Of a stretch of DNA of 64,000 bases, positions 1 to 10,337 are shown piece by piece. Under the pieces are notes generated by a model. The model saw only the letters and a list, made by a program, of their open reading frames with translations, was not told the DNA's origin and did not search any database. Numbering within the stretch: position 1 is the first letter of the stretch; each line of letters begins with the position of its first letter. The DNA lies in NCBI GenBank assembly GCA_951406725.2, contig OX597819.1:76942001-77006000 (forward strand). Direction: 5' to 3'. The DNA is from Octopus vulgaris. Its lineage: Eukaryota. Position numbers and translations under genes: made by a program.

Positions 1-157
1 CTCACCACCTCACCTATTCTCTCCTGCCATATGTAATCTCCCCTGCCAACAATTGTTATTCTCACACAGACTATTGGCTACTTAAGTTCCACCTGCAGAA
101 ATTCCTTCAACATTTGCCAAGCCCTCTCACCTATTAACTATTACTGCTAATACTACT

Positions 158-188
158 TCTAACAACAACAGCAGCAGCAGCAGCAATG

Positions 189-221
<33 letters not shown>

Positions 222-330
222 ATAATAATAATGGTTGTGATTGTCATGCTCTAAGTACTATTTCAGTGGCTGTAATGAAAGCAGGCCTTCTTACCACCAC
301 CACCAGTAGTAGTAGTAGTAGTAGTAATAT
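158..330. repeat. Trinucleotide microsatellites (CAA/CAG/TAG/TAA)n
   Basis: Runs of aac, agc, agt and aat triplets are visible directly. Confidence 0.9.
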
Positions 331-379
331 TGATTGCTATGCTTTAGGTACTAAGATCACTTTCTTCCTACACCCTCCT

Positions 380-590
380 TATTTCTTTCTCCGCCCCCCT
401 CCCCCCACTCCTCTCCTGCTTTCTCTCAGTATCTTTGATTTCTGAGTTCTTCACATCTGTTTGTTCTTGAGCCGATCCTTCTCTCTCTATCTTTCTCTTG
501 CTGTATTTTCTCTCTCTCTCTCACTTTTACCCTCACCACCATCCACCTTTAAGCTCTCTTTCTTCCTCTTTTAGTCTCTCTCCTTCTCTG

Positions 591-626
<36 letters not shown>

Positions 627-880
627 TGACTTTCTCTTTTACCTTCTGCCTGTCTTCCTCTTAATCTTCCTTTTTCTTTTTGTCTCTCTTTCTCTACCTC
701 CTTTCTTTCTTTCTCTCTCTCTCTCTCTCTCTCTCCCCCCCAGTTTCTCTATTTAATTTCCCCATATTCTCTCTCTTTGTTGTTTAACTCTTTTCCTTTT
801 GTTTTCTCTTGTTTTTGTTTTCATTTTTCATATTTCCCTTTGATTCTAATTTTTCTCTCCTTTTCTTCCAAAATGTCACC
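380..880. repeat. Polypyrimidine / (CT)n low-complexity tract
   Basis: Long (ct)n runs and C/T-only sequence. Confidence 0.9.
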
Positions 881-1202
881 CACCTCACCCCACAGGTCTG
901 TTTTTTTTATTATATTTTCTCTCTTTTCCTTTCAAATTACATTTCCTTGTCAACACTTAAATGAATTGTAAGGAAAACATAGAAGCAAAACACAAAACAC
1001 ACAAACAACAAATAAAAGCAAACAGAAACTTAACCCAAGAAATAACAATCCTGGTATATCTACTCTAACATTGTAACATAAGTGGTATAAGAATAGATTT
1101 ACAAGCATGATAGATGGACAAATGAATGTGTATATATACATAAATATTTGAATATTTATGTTGTGTATACATATGCAACTGTGTATGTATTTGTATGTGA
1201 TA

Positions 1203-1850
1203 AGGCAGTGAGCTGGCAGAAATGTCAGCATACTCCGCAATGTGTTAGGCTACATTTCTTCCTACATAACTTTCTGAGTTCAAATGCAGCTGAGGTTAAT
1301 TCTGCTGTTCATCCTTTCAAGGTTGATAAAAAAACAAGGGATCTTTTCGGTTTGAACGGCAGTTTTTAACATAATTTCTAGGTAACTAAAAAATTTCAAA
1401 CTTCGTATACTGGTAGAATGTGTTGTTTATAAAACATCTTTTTCTCTTGGCTTTATTGAGAAAATTCTATAGTTTGTAAGATATTTGTTGTTTTTTTTCT
1501 TCTTCATTTTCTGCAATTTCAACCAATCAATCACATCCATTGAGGTAAAAAAAACATTCTGTGCCATATGAATATGTCCCTCGTTTAAGAAACAGATTGA
1601 GTTTATTTACATTTGTGAAGAAAAAAAATATACCCTTCCCCCCACCTCTAACCCTAAAACAGATTGAAATGCAATAGATCGATACTAGGGTCATAATTAT
1701 GGGTGACAATTTCATATGACACCGCTAGAAAAAACTGCCGTTCAAACCGAAAAGATCCAAAACAAGTCCCGGTTGGGCATTAGGGCCAATGTATTTGACT
1801 ACCCCTCACTGCTCCGAATTCTAAGCCTTGTGTCTTTAGAAGAAACGAGT
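1203..1850 (+). mobile_element. tRNA-derived SINE family B (Meta-domain type, octopus OK-like), decayed and split by a MITE
   Basis: Head aggcagtgagctggcagaa, B-box-like ttctgagttcaaat and ttcatcctttcaaggttgataa match the copies at 14966, 36858 and 63117. The tail resumes after 1766. Confidence 0.75.
1339..1758. mobile_element. MITE with 29-bp perfect TIRs and 8-bp TSD (Merlin/MULE/hAT-type non-autonomous DNA transposon)
   Basis: TIR ggatcttttcggtttgaacggcagttttt at 1339-1367, exact reverse complement at 1730-1758. TSD aaaacaag at 1331-1338 and 1759-1766. Confidence 0.92.
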
Positions 1851-1922
1851 ATAAGTCTGTTAGTATCATCTGGATATGTGTCTGTATCAGGAGTTCTCAG
1901 CCATTTTTCATCTATGGATCCC

Positions 1923-2279
1923 TTTTATTCTTTTACTTGTTTCAGTCATTTGACTGTGGCCATGCTGGAGCACCACCTTTAGTCAAACAATTTGACCACC
2001 AGGACTTATTCTTTGTAAGCCTAGTACTTATTCTATCGGCCTCTTTTTGCCAAACCACTAAGTTATGGGGACGTGAACACAAATAACAAATGCATACATA
2101 TATATATATATATATATGATGGGCTTCTTTCAGTTTCCATCTACCAAATCCACTCACAAGGCTTTGGTTGGCCCGAGGCTATAGTAGAAGACACTTGCCC
2201 AATGTGCCCCGCAGTGGGACTGAACCCAGAACCATGTGGTTGGGAAGCAAGCTTCTTACCACACAGCCAACTCCTGCAC
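1923..2279 (-). mobile_element. tRNA-derived CORE-type SINE family A (octopus OR-like)
   Basis: Minus strand reads ggagttggctgtgtggtaagaagcttgcttcccaaccacatggttctgggttcagtcccactgc (A/B boxes), the CORE-like gggcaagtgtctt, a central (TA)n and the tail aatgactgaaacaagtaaaag. Many paralogues lie in the window. Confidence 0.85.
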
Positions 2280-2373
2280 TTTTGATAACTATTTTATTTG
2301 ATAATGAAAAAAGAAAAATCCTTACATGCCTGCATTATGAGTACTACCAGAATGCTTGAATTCATATATTGTG

Positions 2374-2412
<39 letters not shown>

Positions 2413-2648
2413 CCATTTCTTTTATTGTGTGGTATTATATGCTTTGAGAGATTTTACTGCTATTTCTAGCAAAATGAACAACTATGTAGACTCCACATAG
2501 CACACCAAAAGAAAATTACCTTGAATTTTTTTTTAGTAGTATGGTTTGTCTGATGGTGAGCCATATCTCATGCAGCCAGCTTCTTGAAAAATAACAAAAC
2601 GAAGTTGCTCATGCCTGATATAGAAGCTCCTGTTTTTGGTTGATTTAA

Positions 2649-2877
2649 CCCTTTTGATACCAACCAGGCTGAAACCGCCTCTGGTTCTGTAGTACAAATT
2701 TCTTGTTTTCAAAAGTCTGAATTAAAATCTTCCACCAAACCTTAGTCATAATTTATGTTCTTAACACTAGCTTAATGATAACTAAGTTATTTTACTAAAT
2801 TCTTTGTTATATTTAAGATTAATTGAAAGAAACACAGAGCAGAAATATGGTAACGCAAAAATATGGTAACAAAAGGG
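2649..2877. mobile_element. piggyBac-type MITE (family 1)
   Basis: TTAA at 2645-2648 and 2878-2881; termini cccttttgatacca / tggtaacaaaaggg. Confidence 0.8.
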
Positions 2878-3552
2878 TTAAACCCAAGTCAGCCCTGATG
2901 AAGCTGAATTATCATCAAAGATATTCCACTAACAGCCATTCTTTTATATCAGGCAGAGTACTTCTAGCTAAAATTACATTTTCCCCAACATTTCTGGGTT
3001 TTTTTTTTTTCTAACACAGAAGAACATGGCATGATTTGTGGGAGATTTAGCTGCTATTTGCATTATCGTCAACAACCACACTTACAGACTCCCTTGGTAG
3101 AAGAAATCTTTAAGTGGAAAACAAAGCTAGACAGAGTGGGGAGAGATAGATGGTCAACACCCCTCTTACCTCTACCAACTGATTTGTGATTTTGACTATG
3201 AATGAAAGTGTCAGTTCTCTGAGGTGGGGAGGATTGTTATGGTGTGAGTAGGGTTAGGTAGGATCGGTGGGGAGAGAAAGCATCATTTTTTATCTCCATT
3301 CTCCATTCCTCTTACCTTACCTTCCTACTTACATACCTACCTAACCTCTAGGCAGTCTGGCTCCATTCAAGTAGAGTGCTGTGTGCCTAGTTTAGGGCAT
3401 AACAGATTAGGTTATGTTGTGCTATTAGTTTTGATGTAACTGCCAACACCTGACACAACTTCTCCTAGGATGCTTGAATTACTCATCAGACAATCCCAGA
3501 CTCTCTCACTTTTGTTTCTATATACGTATACCCTCCCCCACCGCACTCTGTT

Positions 3553-3555
3553 ATA

Positions 3556-3606
<51 letters not shown>

Positions 3607-3863
3607 GTATGTATATGTATGTATGTATGTATATGTATGTATGTATGTATATGTATGTATGTATGTATATGTATGTATGTATATGTATGTATGTATATAT
3701 TTATTTATGTATGTATATATGTATATATGTATGTATGTATGCATGTATATGTATATATTTATGTATGTATATATGTATGCATGTATATGTATATATATGT
3801 ATGTATATGTACATATGTATGTGTATATATATATATATGTATGTGTGTATATATATATATATG

Positions 3864-3911
<48 letters not shown>

Positions 3912-3930
3912 TGTGTGTGTGTATGTGTAT
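3553..3930. repeat. Compound (GT)n/(TA)n/(TATG)n microsatellite
   Basis: Seen directly; it explains all ORFs from 3412 to 4085. Confidence 0.95.
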
Positions 3931-4049
3931 GTTCTTTGCATTTTGTACTTTTCCAGTTCTTTTCCATTATTTCCCTCGTCCCCCAGCTCCTTTTGCACTA
4001 TAAAACTCATGTGATGTGTATGTGTGTAACACATCTGTGTGTTTGTAGC

Positions 4050-4310
4050 TGTTGTTTAGTCCCACCTCAGCTCTCTGATTATTGAGCTTACTAAAAATAA
4101 AAAGCATTCCAGGTGTGGCCATTGCATTTGTATTTTTTTTCCCTTTATTCAGAGAACCCAAGACCATGTTATCCTCAAATCACATGTCACCATCTTGAAA
4201 AGAAAAACAAACGTTGGTGGAGTCCTTTATTAAGGTGGTGCAGTATAATTTGTGTAAGATTTGGCTACTATTTCTAGCAGGTTGAGCCACCATGCAGAGA
4301 TTGAGGCTCT
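4050..4310 (+). mobile_element. Representative of an old dispersed repeat family with about 10 decayed copies (also near 2440, 3030, 6635, 20280, 21420, 25975, 36185, 38060, 57655)
   Basis: Recurrent motif tgatttg(a/t)gggagattt(g/a)gctgctatttctagcag, often preceded by gttgtttagc.ccaggtcag. Confidence 0.6.
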
Positions 4311-4359
4311 CATTGGCTTAGTTTATATGCATGTGATGGAGGTTTGTGTACACACACAA

Positions 4360-4401
<42 letters not shown>

Positions 4402-4589
4402 TGTGTGTGTGTGTAATTATTTCCAGTTCTTTTCCAGCAAAATTATAACCTGTGGCTGAAACAAGTAAAAAGTTTTTAAAAAAAATATATGATATCTCAA
4501 ATCTGGGCATCTTTTGACTTCAGCCCCACTGTGCAGCAGTTTGGACAAGTGCCTTCTATTATAGCCCCCACACCCCACCCCAGGTCACA

Positions 4590-4885
4590 CCTAATTTTTC
4601 AAGCCTGGTACTGACTTTATTGACCTCTTTTACTGAACTGCTAAATTACAGGGACACAAACAAACCAACACCAGCTGGTGGTGGAGAACAAATACAAACA
4701 CATACATAGATACATACATATATTATACATCAGGATTCTTTCAGTTTCTATCTTCCAAATTCGCTCACAAGGCTTCAATTTGCCTGGGGCTATAGTAAAA
4801 GATACTTGCCCAAGGTGCCATGCAATGGGACTGAACTCAGCACTCTATGTTTGGGAAGCAAGCTTCTTAATTACACAGGCATGTC
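4590..4885 (-). mobile_element. SINE family A, diverged
   Basis: gatacttgcccaaggtgccatgcaatgggactgaac and tttcagtttctatcttccaaattcgctcacaagg match the 1923 copy. Confidence 0.75.
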
Positions 4886-5038
4886 TGTATAGAGAATATT
4901 TACATGTCATTTTTTTCCCCCTTCCTGCTGTCATTGCTTAATTGAATTTTTACAGCTTAACCTTTACACAACTCTCCATGCTGTTGTTACATCTTTTGAA
5001 TGGTCCAAGATACACACACATACACACACTCTCTCATC

Positions 5039-5072
<34 letters not shown>

Positions 5073-6121
5073 AGGTGTTGGTGTTTTGATGAATATATTA
5101 GTGTGTGTGTGTGTGCATTGTGTTGTGCATGTATGTGTATGGTAATTAAAATGTACTTATTTTATGTTCTGCAAACAATTTTATGATTTTTAAACTCCCT
5201 CTCTTTCTGTCTCTCTTCCTCTGGCCAAATATTATATTTCGTCTTCTATTTCTTTCATCTTTTATGTTTTTGTATCTCTTCCATTCAACTTGTTGTAACT
5301 TGCCAAATACATACATACATTCATTCAATGCCACTGTTCTTCATGTAAAGTGAATGAACAAAAGACTTTCTAAGGCAGTTTTTATTTTTCCCTTTTTTTT
5401 CTTTATATCCCTATTTTTGTTTTGTTTTTTTTCAAAAGAAAAAAAAAAACCAGTTTAATTATTTTTTTATACTATTTTATTTTTATTACATAATTTGATT
5501 GAACATAACAAGGCTGGTGATTTTGTTTAGAAAGCCAAACAAATATTTGCCTTTTTGCTCCAGTTTGCTCAAGCAGGTTATGAAAATTCATTGCTGGAAC
5601 CACTTAATGCACAGTAAATAGTAAACGCTGGTTTTGTGTATATATTATTATACTAATAAGATACTGTTTCCATTGTATAACATTGTTTGCAGATAGAAAT
5701 ATAAAAACATCATTAAAAATAAAAAAGAAAAAAGAACTGATATAATATCTTTGAATTGAAAATTAAATATTGACATATAGTCCATAGTTCCTTGTTTGGA
5801 ATTTTCTCCAGTTCAAACAGGCAAATTCATTTTTATTTTCAATAATGTCTGCTGGATTAATTATTTATTGTGTTGCTATATACTTTGATAAAGAATTTGA
5901 GAGATTATTTCCATATGCCATAACTGTCAGAGTTGTTAATTCAAGCATTTCTTGGGCATGTTTTATAGTACATTTCTATGTGTGTGTGTATATGTGTGTT
6001 TGGCTGTTGTTGTTCATTTAACTCCTGGTTAATTCCAACAGAACATGCTTGGATTAAAAGCATTAAAAGTATTCCAGCAATGATAGCCCTGTCACCATCA
6101 TTTCTCTTTTTCTTGCTTGAT

Positions 6122-6585
6122 GTAGGCATGACTTTATTGTTAAGAAACTCACTTTGCAATCATGTGATTTAGGGTTCAATATCACTGCACGGTACTTTGG
6201 GCATGCATTTTTTTTTTACTATAGCCCTGGGCTGATCAATGCTTTGTGAGTGAATTTAGTAGGCAGAAACTGTGTGGAAGCCCATCATATATGTGTACAT
6301 ATTTTATTCAAACTGAAGCTGAGAGCTTTTCTCGTGATTTGAGTTTCATATCACTACAATCATCACTGAACGTGTTTGTGTTTGTCTCTGTTTGTTCCAC
6401 CTCTCCACACACACACTGCTTGACAACTTGTATCAGTTTGTTGATGTCACTGTATCAGTATCTTAGCAAAAGATACTGTTAAAATAAGTACAAGAGTTTG
6501 GGGATCAATTTGACTAAAACCCATCAAGACAGTGTCTCAGCATGGTTGCAGTCCAATGATTGAAACAAGTAAGCAATAAAAGTGT
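6122..6585 (+). mobile_element. SINE family A, diverged
   Basis: Head gtaggcatgac...gggttcaatatcactgc; tail cagcatggttgcagtccaatgattgaaacaagtaa. Confidence 0.7.
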
Positions 6586-6683
6586 ATTCAGAATTACATT
6601 ATTAAACATGAACTCATTTTTAAGACAGTAAGATGTGATTTATGGGAGATTTGGCGACTACTTTTAGCATGTTGGTACTAGTT

Positions 6684-7282
6684 GCCTTTATCTTCTATCT
6701 AACCTTCCTATAGATTGTTCCTGCCATTATTTACTGATTTTCTTCCAGTCACTCTAATTACTGATGGTAATCATCCTATCATCTTAGTGGGATCAACTTT
6801 ATAAATTCACTCTGGTTTACTGTTGACAAGTTGTAGCCATTCCAGCTTTGTTTGTTTTGATGTTTGGTATACTGGACAAAATGCTTAGCTGTATTCCATC
6901 CACTTTCCATGTTCTGAGTTCAAATTCTGCTGAAGTCAGTGTTGCCTTTTATCTTTTTAGGGTCAATGAAATAAGTACCAATTGAGCCCCTTTCTTCAAA
7001 ATTTCAGGCCTTGTGCTAATAGTAGAAAGAATCATTATTATATAGTGTACTATTAGTACTTAAGCTAAAGTGTTTTTTGTAACTCAGTTGAATTCTTTCT
7101 ATATCTTGAGTCTGATCAAAAACTTCTTTTTTTCCCCCTTCAGTTTATGTACAACCTCATATGTGTAATAAGCACCAGGATCTTCTTACACATCCTTTTC
7201 ACAATCTATTATAGAAAGTATCTCAGATAAATATATAGAGCTATTTTTATCTTAAACAAATTTACCCTGTGATTTGTTGCAG
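6684..7282 (+). repeat. Copy A of an old local duplication (paralogue 12965-13823), interrupted by a SINE B fragment at about 6870-7035
   Basis: Collinear shared blocks: tatctaac.ttcctat, agtgtacta, tgaattctttct.tatctt, and the identical 20-mer cttcagtttatgtacaacct (7138-7157 and 13618-13637). Confidence 0.75.
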
Positions 7283-7467
7283 GACAAGATGTACACATCC
7301 AGGCTTACTTTGTGAAGCTCACCTCCTTAGTCCTATTAGATTTCCATTCTGTCTTGGAGAAACTCCTTCGGAATAAATCCAAAATTGATTGTGCAGTCAT
7401 GCTGGTAACTGTTTTGATAAACCATGTGTCAGTTAGGTTCTTTGGATTCTCCCCCTTCCTTTACAAG
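7283..7467 (+). other. Candidate host-gene exon (185 nt), product unrecognised
   Basis: Acceptor tttaccctgtgatttgttgcag|G and donor AAG|gttagc. One frame is open throughout (QDVHIQAYFVKLTSLVLLDFH...FSPFLYK). The sequence is non-repetitive. Confidence 0.35.
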
Positions 7468-8299
7468 GTTAGCTTTCAGTTTCTTAAAATAGAAAATTTG
7501 TTATCTTTAACAGCTATTTATAACTGAAAGCTTTTAATGGAACATTAACACAAACAATTGGTTAAATATATTAGGTATATATTACATTGTTGAAATGGGA
7601 TTTTAATTACTGAAGTTAGCCTTATATTATGTAAAAGCTTTTGAGTGCCTACTTTTAAAGAAATATACAGTCTATTAACTTCTGACAAAGAAAACCTGTT
7701 TTAATGAATAGCTGAATTACAGTATTGAGTTAATGCAATTCTTTTATAGGAGGCATTGACTATAAGTTTTTGACTGAATCTTTGTCATTGTAATTAATAT
7801 CTGCTTTTTATTATTATTACATCACTAACTCTACCAACTAGCTTTGTCAGTATAAATAAATACATTATGGAGTGGTTTGTTAGGCTGCATCATATATTAA
7901 GCATTTTGATATTTTTCTCTTAAATTTTGTGACAGATAAAAAAAATATAGCTATTTCTCACAGATTAGTGTATGTGTTTCAGTGCACATGACATATTCTG
8001 AGTTGCAAGCCATAAACTTGAGAGCCATAAGGTGTGGTGATGTAGCTTCTTAAATTTCAGCACAAGTCTCTTAAATCTAAGAACTGAGTCATATGTGGCT
8101 CTGTTGATGACCTACAGTGTTCTCCTAAAGCTACTGTGTCTTATGAATGACTAATGTGCAGTTGGATAGGGAATCACAGTTAACAGTTCATACACAGTCA
8201 TTGATGCTATAATCATTACTGACAAAAAGGTACCACCAGGCTACTCATTCTATATTGTCTCTATGGCAGAGGCACTCAACTTTTGCTGCCTTACTTCAG

Positions 8300-8592
8300 C
8301 TCTTTACTCTTTATTCTCTTTTACTTGTTTCAGTCATTTGACTGTGGGCATGCTGGAGCACCCCTTTAGTCAAGCAAATCGACCCCAGTACTTATTCTAT
8401 CGGTCTCTTTTGCCAAACCGCTAAGTTATGGGGATGTAAACACACCAGCATCGGTTGTCAAGCTATGTTGGGGGGACAACATAGCCTGAGGCTATAGTAG
8501 AAGATACTTGCCCAGGGTGCCATGCAGTGGGACTGAACCCGGAGCCATGTGATTCGTAAGCAAGCTACTTACCACACAGCCACTCCTACGCC
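8300..8592 (-). mobile_element. SINE family A, internally deleted
   Basis: Tail ttacttgtttcagtcatttgactg and head ccacacagccactcctacgcc match the 29119 copy. Confidence 0.85.
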
Positions 8593-9404
8593 TATCCTAG
8601 CTGTCTACAAATAATTGATCATTTTGTCCACTTGTTTCGCTTCATTGTTATTAAATCCCCTCATTAATACAACATTATGCATGCAAATAAAACAAATGAT
8701 ACTTGGCATTCTGTTTTTGTGTGTTTAGCAAAGTTAGGTTTGTTTTCTTTATTGCCTTTTGTTCCTGCCCAGCAACCTTTGTTTCCATTCCAAATTCTTT
8801 TTGGCCCTCACTCTGATTTTCATGTGCAGTCTACCTTATTTGTAGGGTAAACCACTTGTAATTATCCTGTAACTTGTCATACATGTTCAATGCTGTTTAC
8901 TGTATTGTAAGTGTTTGTTAGAGTTATCTGCTTGTAGACAGGACTCTGCAAATGGAATCTCATTGTGCCTGATTCATAAATGGGTTGTTTTGGGGCAACA
9001 GATGTCAATTAATTCTAAATCTCCTCCATTTAATTTTTTAATTGGTCCATTTAATTTTTTTTTTTTTAATGATTTCATTTTTTATTTTTATACTTGAAAT
9101 ATTGTTCTGCGAAATAAGAAGCCCTTTTGTTGAGCTTTTGATAGATGAAAGGGTAATAGAGGTTTCTAGACAGCCAACAGCTATCAATAATTACTACAAT
9201 TATGATTTTTGATAAATACAACAATTACTCTAATTCGTGTTAAAAAGGTCTAATATTACATCTTAACAGACATTTTATCATTTGTTCTACATTCAGTCTT
9301 CTATTACTGCAGCACTTCTCAAAATTTTTAAACTATTACCCTCTTTCTTTTACGAACACTTTCTCTGCTCCCTAGCTATGATTCAACACAACTGAATAAA
9401 GCAC

Positions 9405-9410
<6 letters not shown>

Positions 9411-9447
<37 letters not shown>
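9411..9447. repeat. (TA)n microsatellite, left target flank of the Penelope-like element
   Basis: Pure (at)n run abutting the element's 3' end. Confidence 0.95.
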
Positions 9448-9449
<2 letters not shown>

Positions 9450-9599
9450 GTGAAATAGAAAGATGAATAATCTTGTAGTAGATTAATCAAAAGTTTAACC
9501 GATACCTTAGTAGCAAAAATCACAGCAGTAAAACAGCACGGTTGGAGGTACAACCATATGGTGTTGCAACCGTGCGTTGGTGCGGATAATTGAAATTAG

Positions 9600-9671
9600 A
9601 ACATTATTGGTGAATTGAAGAAATGGAGCTGAACGCAGATTGAACAGAAATCGTTTTATTTCATTCTACAC
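9600..9671 (+). repeat. 72-bp perfect inverted repeat, arm 1 (inside the 3' pLTR)
   Basis: aacattattggtgaattgaag...tcattctacac is the exact reverse complement of 12350-12421. Confidence 0.97.
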
Positions 9672-9750
9672 GTGTTTCGAAAGGCACAAATTACCAAAAT
9701 CCGATGGAATAATGGGACCATATTGTGTCTTTCTCTTCAGGAAGAAAATA
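9657..9750 (-). ncRNA. Type I hammerhead ribozyme (PLE-associated, palindromic stem III)
   Basis: Minus strand: UAUUUUCUUC-CUGAAGA-GAAAGACACAA-(33 nt)-UUGUGCCUUUC-GAA-ACACGUGU-A^GAAUGAAAUA. The core CUGANGA/GAAA/GUA is intact. Stem I pairs 9 of 10 (one G-U) and stem II 10 of 11. Cleavage is predicted between 9667 and 9666. Confidence 0.88.
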
Positions 9751-10337
9751 GGAAATCCGTTGGAAAAACAAAAACAGAACAGAGGCGGAGCAAAAACAAA
9801 TCGAACTATGCTCCTAAGAGCCCATGGCGAAACTGTTTATCAGTGTATGTTGAGAACCGGTGGCTGAAGAATTCAACGGGTCAGGCATCGGTCAATCATG
9901 TGGGTGAGGGGGCGTAGATGTTCTTTGTGACCGAGAATAAAGTTCTGACTATTTAAGGAATATTGGATGTTTTATAAGGGGCGAGAAAAAATCTACTTAG
10001 AGACGTGTGTGTGTGTATACTGTTCTATATACGTGTGTGTTGGCGTAGGGGTAGAAAACATTTTTTGTGTACGTGTGTGCGTTTGATCGTTCGGCTGTCA
10101 GTGGCTACTGCCGTGATGACCGTTGGGTGGCAGAAAAAAAATATATATATCATGTTTTATGTGTGTGTGTGTTCTCATCTAAGCCTGCCTTGTCAAGGAA
10201 ACCCCCCGCTGTGAAAAAACCAAGCCCCGTTTGTCTTACAGGAGTAATTCCCCTTGCAGTGGTTAATCGTAGATATCTTAAAGGCTATTTCAGAATTTGT
10301 TACCAAGGGCTATGGGTGCCGGTATTATTTATAAACG

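Noticed and set aside
3415-3495. Minus-strand CTGATGAG core (shared 14-mer actcatcagacaat with about 50438), suggesting more hammerheads
   Set aside because: There is no GAAA in register and the stems are incomplete; at most a fossil, and not supportable.
3412-4085. ORFs of 88-203 aa rich in Y/I/M/C/V/H/T
   Set aside because: They are translations of TA/TG/TATG microsatellites. The same applies to the ORFs at about 26200, 29589, 47745, 52553 and 55600.
9640-9867. ORF sharing the N-terminus MNRNRFISFYT with the PLE ORF
   Set aside because: An artefact of the 72-bp inverted repeat; it is antisense to the pLTR and starts at TTG.
9821-9904. + strand CGAAACTG...CAGT...CTGAAGA, resembling a type II hammerhead
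   Set aside because: The cleavage position would be G, stems I and II do not pair, and it is antisense to the element.
9750-10337. SECIS element / selenoprotein Naiad
   Set aside because: There is no in-frame UGA in the retained ORF, and I could not recognise a convincing SECIS by eye. SECISearch on the family consensus would settle it.
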